Below are positions 58,198-64,000 of a stretch of 64,000 nt of DNA, one piece after another; within the stretch, counting starts at the first letter, position 1, and every line of letters starts with the position of its first letter. The translations under genes and the position numbers were made by a program. This DNA is from an uncultured Eubacteriales bacterium (lineage in GTDB: Bacteria > Acidobacteriota > Aminicenantia > Aminicenantales > Aminicenantaceae), in contig CAZDJZ010000003.1 of the NCBI GenBank assembly GCA_964505785.1, positions 168,934 through 232,933 of the forward strand, given 5' to 3'. Under the pieces are notes generated by a model. It did not search any database and had not been told where the DNA came from. It saw nothing but the letters and a program-made list of their open reading frames with translations.

Positions 58198-59871
58198 ATG
58201 AGATCGGATAGGGAAATCACCAAGGATTATCAGATAAAACCCATTGAGGAGATATCCCAAAAACTGGGAATCAGCAATGAACACCTGGAGAAATACGGCC
58301 CTTTCAAAGCCAAGCTGACAACGGAGGCCGTCCGGGAGTTCAGAGAGAAAAAGGGCAAACTTGTTATGGTAACCGGGATGTCACCGACGCCTGCCGGAGA
58401 AGGGAAAACCTTGACCAGCATTGGTCTGATTGATGCCTTCAACCGGATGCAGAAAAAAGCGGCGGCGGCCCTGCGGGAGCCGTCCCTGGGGCCCGTGTTC
58501 GGGCTTAAAGGAGGCGCCACCGGCGGCGGCCGGGCTCAGGTTATGCCGAGCGATGAGATCAATCTTCATTTCACAGGAGATATCCATGCGGTCACCTCCG
58601 CTCACAACCTATTGGCCGCCATGGTGGATAACCGGCTTCATTTTGACGGCCCTAGTGGTTTACTAGATTCCCGAAGAATAACATGGAAGAGGGTTTTGGA
58701 TATGGATGACCGCGTGCTGCGGGAGATAGTGGTGGGAATAGGGGGGCCGCTGAGGGGCCTTGCCCGGGAAACCGGGATGGATATTACGGCGGCTTCTGAA
58801 GTCATGGCGATTCTTTGCCTGGCGGAAGACTTGAAAGATCTAAAAAAACGCCTGGGCGATGTATTAATCGGTTATTCTCCCGAAGGCCAACCAGTTTTTG
58901 CCCGCCAGGTGAAAGCGGATGGAGCCATGGCGGCGCTGCTGAAAGAAGCCATGAAACCCAACCTTGTCCAGACGTTGGAAGGCAATCCGGTTTTTGTCCA
59001 CGGCGGGCCCTTTGCCAATATCGCTCACGGCACCAATTCGGTTATTGCCACAAGGGCGGCATTGAACCGGGCGGATATCACAGTGACAGAAACCGGCTTC
59101 GGTTCTGATTTGGGCGCGGAAAAATTTTTTGATATTGTGGTGCGAACCGGCTTTATTCCTCCGCCGGATGCCTGTGTTTTGGTGGCGACGGTGAGGGCAT
59201 TAAAATACCATGGGGGCGTCGCGCGCAAAGATCTGGAAAAAGAAAATGTCGAGGCGGTCAAAAAGGGTTTTCCTAATCTGCAGAAACACATGGAAAACCT
59301 TCGTCAATTCGGAGTGCCGTTTGTAGTGGCCGTCAATCACTTTTCTTCCGATTCACCGGAGGAATTGGAGCAAGTGCTGGAGCTCTGCCGGAGAGACAAA
59401 ACCCGGGCCGCGGTAAGCCGCGTGTGGGCTGAAGGGGGAGCCGGAGGGCAGGAGCTGGCGGAACAGGTTCTTGCCGCAATGGATCAGGATGAGCATCACT
59501 TTGATTTTATCTACTCTACGGAACAAACACTGCTGGAAAAAATCGAGACGGTTGCGGCTAAGATATACGGAGCGGCCGCGGTGGCCATGGAAGGAAAAAT
59601 CCGCCGCCGCATCATGAAGCTGGAGGAGCAGGGTTTCGGAAACCTTCCAATCTGTGTGGCCAAAACACCGGCCTCACTTTCCGACGACGCCGAGCTCCTT
59701 GGCCGGCCTCAGGACTTCACCTTAATTGTAACGGATGTTTCTCTGAGCTCTGGAGCCGGATTTGTGGTGGTTTACTGTGGTGATATTATGACGATGCCCG
59801 GCCTTCCCAAAAACCCGGCAGCTGAACGGGTCGATATCACTCCTGAAGGTGAAATCTCCGGACTTTCTTGA
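58198..59871 (+). CDS. fhs: Formate--tetrahydrofolate ligase
   Basis: PTPAGEGKT, LREPSLGP, INLHFTGD, HGGPFANIAHG, IMTMPGLP. Confidence 0.97.
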   Translation: MRSDREITKDYQIKPIEEISQKLGISNEHLEKYGPFKAKLTTEAVREFREKKGKLVMVTGMSPTPAGEGKTLTSIGLIDAFNRMQKKAAAALREPSLGPVFGLKGGATGGGRAQVMPSDEINLHFTGDIHAVTSAHNLLAAMVDNRLHFDGPSGLLDSRRITWKRVLDMDDRVLREIVVGIGGPLRGLARETGMDITAASEVMAILCLAEDLKDLKKRLGDVLIGYSPEGQPVFARQVKADGAMAALLKEAMKPNLVQTLEGNPVFVHGGPFANIAHGTNSVIATRAALNRADITVTETGFGSDLGAEKFFDIVVRTGFIPPPDACVLVATVRALKYHGGVARKDLEKENVEAVKKGFPNLQKHMENLRQFGVPFVVAVNHFSSDSPEELEQVLELCRRDKTRAAVSRVWAEGGAGGQELAEQVLAAMDQDEHHFDFIYSTEQTLLEKIETVAAKIYGAAAVAMEGKIRRRIMKLEEQGFGNLPICVAKTPASLSDDAELLGRPQDFTLIVTDVSLSSGAGFVVVYCGDIMTMPGLPKNPAAERVDITPEGEISGLS

Positions 59872-59990
59872 AGTCCGTTTCCATGCCTTGCGTTGACACT
59901 GTTTCCAGAGTCTTGATATACTTCCCATTTCATTGGGACGGACCAGGAAGGAAATGAGAACAGGCCGAGAGTTTCTTCTGGAGAGAAATA

Positions 59991-61532
59991 ATGAATAATA
60001 AAATCAAAATCACTCTGATTTCACCATATGATATAAACGTGGCCAGCGGGTTAAGGTTCCTTTCTTCTTATCTCAAGCAGCACGGCTATGCGGTTGATAT
60101 TATCTTTATGTCTCAAAAAGAAAGTTCAGGTCAGTTTGACGGGCTGTTCAATAAAAATTTTTACAGTGACAAAGCGATTCAGGAACTGGTTGATCATTGC
60201 CGGGACTCTGATCTGGTCGGATTTTCTTTGATGACCAATTATTTTCTGAAAGTCAAAGAACTGACTGAAAAAGTTAAAGCGAAACTGGATGTGCCGGTGA
60301 TTTGGGGAGGGATCCATGCCACGGTCCGCCCGGAGGAATGCATTCAATACGCGGATATGTTATGTATCGGTGAGGGAGAGGAAGCGGTATTGGAACTGGC
60401 CGCTAGCTTGAAAAGCGGTGATTTTCATTCCATACCCAACTTGTGGATAAAGGACGGAAAACGGATCATCAAAAACCCTCCGCGCCCTCTGGAAAGAAAT
60501 CTGGATAAGTATCCGTTTCAGGATTACGATGTCTCCACGCATTATGTGCTTAAAAATGATGCCATAGTTCAAATGAACGATGCCATGCTTAAAGAAATCA
60601 TGCCCAAAGATTACGAAGGGGATAAGCCCCGGGTCATGTATCATCTCATAACGGCCAGGAATTGTCCGCACAACTGCACCTACTGCTGCAATAATGCTTT
60701 ACGCAAAGTGTATAATGAGGAAAAATATTTTGTTCGCAAGCGCAGCGTTGCAAATGTTATCGGGGAAATGGAATACATCCTGAAGCGGTATCCGTTTTTT
60801 TCTGTCATAAGCATATTTGACGATACTTTCTTTATCCGCAGCAAAGAAGATATCCGGGAGTTCAGCCGCCTGTATAAAGAGAAAATCAATTTACCGTTAA
60901 TGTGCAGCGTTTCTCCCCATACTCTGGATGAGGAAAAATTGCGTTATCTGGTAGACGCCGGCCTATACCGCACCAGCGTCGGCTTTCAATCCATGAGTCC
61001 GGATACCCTATTGGGCATTTATAAGCGTCCCACTCCTCAGAAAGTAATAGATAAAACCATCCGGACCCTGAAAAAATTCCGGAAAGAGATTCCCCGACCG
61101 GTATATCACTTCATTATTGATAACCCCTATGAAACCAATACATCCTTAAAAACCAGCATTGAGTTCATTCTCACTCTTCCCGCCCGTTCACGGATATACT
61201 TATATCCCCTGGTTTTTTTCCCCGGGACAGAAATTTATGAGCGGGGCAAAAAAGACGGATTCATTCAGGATGAAATCCGAGACATATATCTTAAATCCTG
61301 GACGATCGATGATATACAGAATCTGAACTTCCTCACCATTCTGTTTTATTTCGCGGTTTGGTCTAAATTCCACCCGGCTGTCATGAAACCGATGAACGGG
61401 ATAATCCGCTTCCTGATGAAGGGCCGGGTGGTTGCCGTGATGGACAATAGGGTTTCAGTGAAATTAATGGTTTTTCTGCTCAAAGGCTACATTTTCGGAA
61501 TCCAGACACTGGGGAGATTGAGAAAGCAGTGA
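59991..61532 (+). CDS. B12-binding radical SAM protein
   Basis: WGGIHAT, IGEGE, CPHNCTYC, DDTF. Confidence 0.9.
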   Translation: MNNKIKITLISPYDINVASGLRFLSSYLKQHGYAVDIIFMSQKESSGQFDGLFNKNFYSDKAIQELVDHCRDSDLVGFSLMTNYFLKVKELTEKVKAKLDVPVIWGGIHATVRPEECIQYADMLCIGEGEEAVLELAASLKSGDFHSIPNLWIKDGKRIIKNPPRPLERNLDKYPFQDYDVSTHYVLKNDAIVQMNDAMLKEIMPKDYEGDKPRVMYHLITARNCPHNCTYCCNNALRKVYNEEKYFVRKRSVANVIGEMEYILKRYPFFSVISIFDDTFFIRSKEDIREFSRLYKEKINLPLMCSVSPHTLDEEKLRYLVDAGLYRTSVGFQSMSPDTLLGIYKRPTPQKVIDKTIRTLKKFRKEIPRPVYHFIIDNPYETNTSLKTSIEFILTLPARSRIYLYPLVFFPGTEIYERGKKDGFIQDEIRDIYLKSWTIDDIQNLNFLTILFYFAVWSKFHPAVMKPMNGIIRFLMKGRVVAVMDNRVSVKLMVFLLKGYIFGIQTLGRLRKQ

Positions 61533-61543
61533 AGTCCGCTCAT

Positions 61544-61704
61544 GTTATTCCCGCGGCAAAGCGGCGTGAATCTCAGACGGTTCCGGATAAATAAGATATC
61601 TTTTTTCTCTTTACTCATCACTCTTTACTAAACGAAGCGGCCTGAGATCCTTCGTTTCGCTCAGGGTAACAGCGGAGCTGTCATTTTCGAACGAAGAATT
61701 CAGG
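61544..61704 (+). repeat. REPIN-like element: two R arms around a spacer, plus terminus
   Basis: GTTATTCC...GAATCTCAG / CTGAGATCCTTCGTTTCGCTCAGGGTAAC / GTCATTTTCGAACGAAGAATTCAGG. Confidence 0.7.
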
Positions 61705-61884
61705 TGTTTACATGGCTGGATAAAGTGTGATAAAAATATAAAGCCCGGCTATGAGCATAGCTCGCCAAAAAACAACAGAAATCATGTCTGAACGGCTGCA
61801 GTGGGTTTACCGCGCTGACTCATTGCATCGAGGGGGAAGTTTTAAGGAATAATCCGGGCAATATTTAAAGCGAAAGGAAAAAAT

Positions 61885-63075
61885 ATGTGTGAACCGAAGG
61901 ATGTTTTCATTGTCGGCGCCGCCCGTACGGCCATAGGAAGATTTTTGGGCAGCTTAAGCGGGCTCACTGCTCCGGAATTGGGCGGGATTGTTATCCGGGA
62001 GGCCTTAACCCGGGCCGGGGTGGATGGAAGTGATATCAGTGAAGTGATTTTGGGAAATGTCGTTTCCGCGGGCATTGGGCAAGCTCCGGCTAAACAAGCC
62101 CTGATGAAAGGGGGAATTCCACCGACAGTCAATAGTTTTACCGTGAACAAGGTATGCGGTTCGGCTTTAAAGGCTGTGCAGCTTGGGGCTCAATCGATCC
62201 AATTGGAAAATAACCAGCTGGTTGTTGCCGGAGGAATGGAAAGCATGAGCCAGGCTCCGCATTTTGTCCGGGGCATCCGCAATGGGGTTAAGATGGGAGA
62301 CCTCAAAATGAAGGACTCCATGATTTATGACGGACTCTGGTGTGCATTCGATGACCAGCATATGGGTTTGACAGGGGAAGTGATCGCCGAGAAATTTGGT
62401 GCAGCCCGGGAAGAACAGGACGAATATGCCGCCGGCAGTCATCAAAAGGCGGTTCATGCCATTGAAAACGGATATTTCAAGGATGAAATTGTTCCGGTTG
62501 AAATTCCTCAGAGAAAAGGAGAGCCGGTTATATTTGCCCGGGATGAAGGGCCCCGAAAAGATGCCACGGTTGAAAAAATTTCTAAATTAAGGCCGGTTTT
62601 TAAAAAAGACGGGACAGTGACGGCCGGCAATGCGTCTAGTATTAATGATGGGGCCGCTGCCGTTGTGCTGGCGCCAGAAGATGTCATAAATGATAAAGGA
62701 TTAACCCCTATGGGGAAAATATTAGGGACGAAAACCAATGCATTGGAGCCGGAAATGGTGATGTATGCTCCCAAGGGAGCCATTGAAGCACTTTTGGCTG
62801 ACTTGGATTGGGACATTTCGGATGTGGATTTGTTTGAAATCAATGAAGCCTTTTCTTCGCAGTTAGTTGTTTTGATAAAAGAACTCGGCCTTGACCGTAA
62901 AAAAGTGAATGTTCATGGGGGCGCGGTAGCTCTTGGACATCCGATCGGAGCCACGGGTGCCCGGATTTTAGTGACTTTACTGTATGCGCTGAAACACCGC
63001 GGCATGAAAAGAGGCATCGCAGCGCTCTGCCTGGGAGGCGGAGACGCAATCGCGATGGCTGTGGAAAGGGTATAA
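61885..63075 (+). CDS. Acetyl-CoA acetyltransferase (thiolase)
   Basis: [30 protein letters not shown]. Confidence 0.95.
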   Translation: MCEPKDVFIVGAARTAIGRFLGSLSGLTAPELGGIVIREALTRAGVDGSDISEVILGNVVSAGIGQAPAKQALMKGGIPPTVNSFTVNKVCGSALKAVQLGAQSIQLENNQLVVAGGMESMSQAPHFVRGIRNGVKMGDLKMKDSMIYDGLWCAFDDQHMGLTGEVIAEKFGAAREEQDEYAAGSHQKAVHAIENGYFKDEIVPVEIPQRKGEPVIFARDEGPRKDATVEKISKLRPVFKKDGTVTAGNASSINDGAAAVVLAPEDVINDKGLTPMGKILGTKTNALEPEMVMYAPKGAIEALLADLDWDISDVDLFEINEAFSSQLVVLIKELGLDRKKVNVHGGAVALGHPIGATGARILVTLLYALKHRGMKRGIAALCLGGGDAIAMAVERV

Positions 63076-63086
63076 AAAGGAGATTA

Positions 63087-63938
63087 TTGATGGAAATCAA
63101 GACTTTTGGAGTTATCGGTGCGGGCACGATGGGGACAGGCATTGCCCAAGTAGCGGCCGTATCCGGCTTTAATGTGACATTGCATGACATCAATGAAGAA
63201 ATTCTGGGCCGGTCACAAAAAATTATCGATAAGAGTTTATCCAAGTTAATTGAAAAAGGTAAAATTGAAGCAGATAAAGCTGATATTCTCGGGCGCATCA
63301 ACTTTACAACAGAGTTTAATGACTTGGCTGAAGTTGATTTTGCAGTTGAAGCTGCCTTTGAAAATTTTTCGGTAAAAAAAGAAGTTTTGCAAAAACTGGA
63401 TAAGATATGCCGCCCTGAAGTGATTCTTGCATCCAACACGTCTTCTATCTCTATAACCCGCTTGGCGGCCCTGACCGGCCGTCCGGATAAATTTATGGGG
63501 ATGCATTTTATGAATCCGGTTCCCTTAATGGTGCTGGTGGAGCTTATTAAGGGAATGGCCACTTCTCAGGAGACCTTTGATCAGATTGAATCCCTGGCAA
63601 AAAAAATGGATAAAGTCCCGGTGGAAGCCCATGATTTTCCCGGCTTCATCGCCAACCGTATTCTAATGCCCATGATCAATGAAGCGGTTTTTGCTTTAAT
63701 GGAAGGGGTCGGAACCCCTGAAAACATCGACCAGGTTATGAAGTTGGGAATGAATCATCCCATGGGACCCCTAACCTTAGCGGATCTTATAGGCCTGGAT
63801 GTCTGCCTGTATATCATGAAGGTGTTGTACGAAGGATTCAATGATCCCAAATACCGCCCCTGCCCTTTACTGCAAAGGATGGTCGATGCTGGGTTTCTAG
63901 GCAGGAAAAGCGGAAAAGGATTTTATGACTATACATAA
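63087..63938 (+). CDS. hbd: 3-hydroxybutyryl-CoA dehydrogenase
   Basis: GAGTMG, SNTSS, GMHFMNP, PGFIANR, HPMGPL. Confidence 0.93.
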   Translation: MMEIKTFGVIGAGTMGTGIAQVAAVSGFNVTLHDINEEILGRSQKIIDKSLSKLIEKGKIEADKADILGRINFTTEFNDLAEVDFAVEAAFENFSVKKEVLQKLDKICRPEVILASNTSSISITRLAALTGRPDKFMGMHFMNPVPLMVLVELIKGMATSQETFDQIESLAKKMDKVPVEAHDFPGFIANRILMPMINEAVFALMEGVGTPENIDQVMKLGMNHPMGPLTLADLIGLDVCLYIMKVLYEGFNDPKYRPCPLLQRMVDAGFLGRKSGKGFYDYT

Positions 63939-63987
63939 GCTGTCTTTACAATAAGCCGGGAGAGATAAACAAAATCGAGGAGATAAG

Positions 63988-64000
63988 ATGAACGAAAACG
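63988..64000 (+). CDS. Start of next gene (truncated by window end)
   Basis: GAGGAG RBS then ATG AAC GAA AAC; too short to identify. Confidence 0.4.

Noticed and set aside
61725-61742. Rex operator before thl-hbd
   Set aside because: Right half-site is too degenerate; better explained as an extended -10 region.

Overview
64-kb core-chromosome segment of a diderm (LPS/Kdo-making), probably anaerobic bacterium. The gene set is compatible with an Aminicenantes/Acidobacteriota- or Desulfobacterota-like lineage, which is inference only. The window spans the likely replication origin (dnaA-dnaN with DnaA boxes; by eye the + strand changes from C-rich to G-rich there) and holds mostly housekeeping genes: mnmG-parS-parAB, the kds/pyrG block, aspS/hisS/accA, gltX-ispFD-htpG-radA-mlaDFE-dnaB, ribosomal proteins, prs-tRNA-Gln-ispE, relA, fhs and thl-hbd. 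No CRISPR, prophage, integrase or transposase was seen. Main non-routine observations: (1) most larger intergenic gaps are built from one shared kit of repeat modules (IS1380-like CCTGAATTATTC termini, REP-like GTCATCCTGAG/CTCAGGATGAC arms, a 126-bp multi-hairpin core, a 9/10-bp satellite), including one intact 193-bp MITE; (2) an ECF sigma gene is cut short at an A10 tract, and its -1 frame restores a sigma4-like tail and ATGA coupling to the anti-sigma; (3) a TPR/lipoprotein/gluzincin-propeller-Omp85 operon follows a sigma54-like promoter; (4) a long MlaD has a beta-rich C-terminus; (5) a Memo-AMMECR1 fusion carries a signal peptide; (6) a 3-keto-glycoside-type catabolic cluster. All alignments were done by eye.
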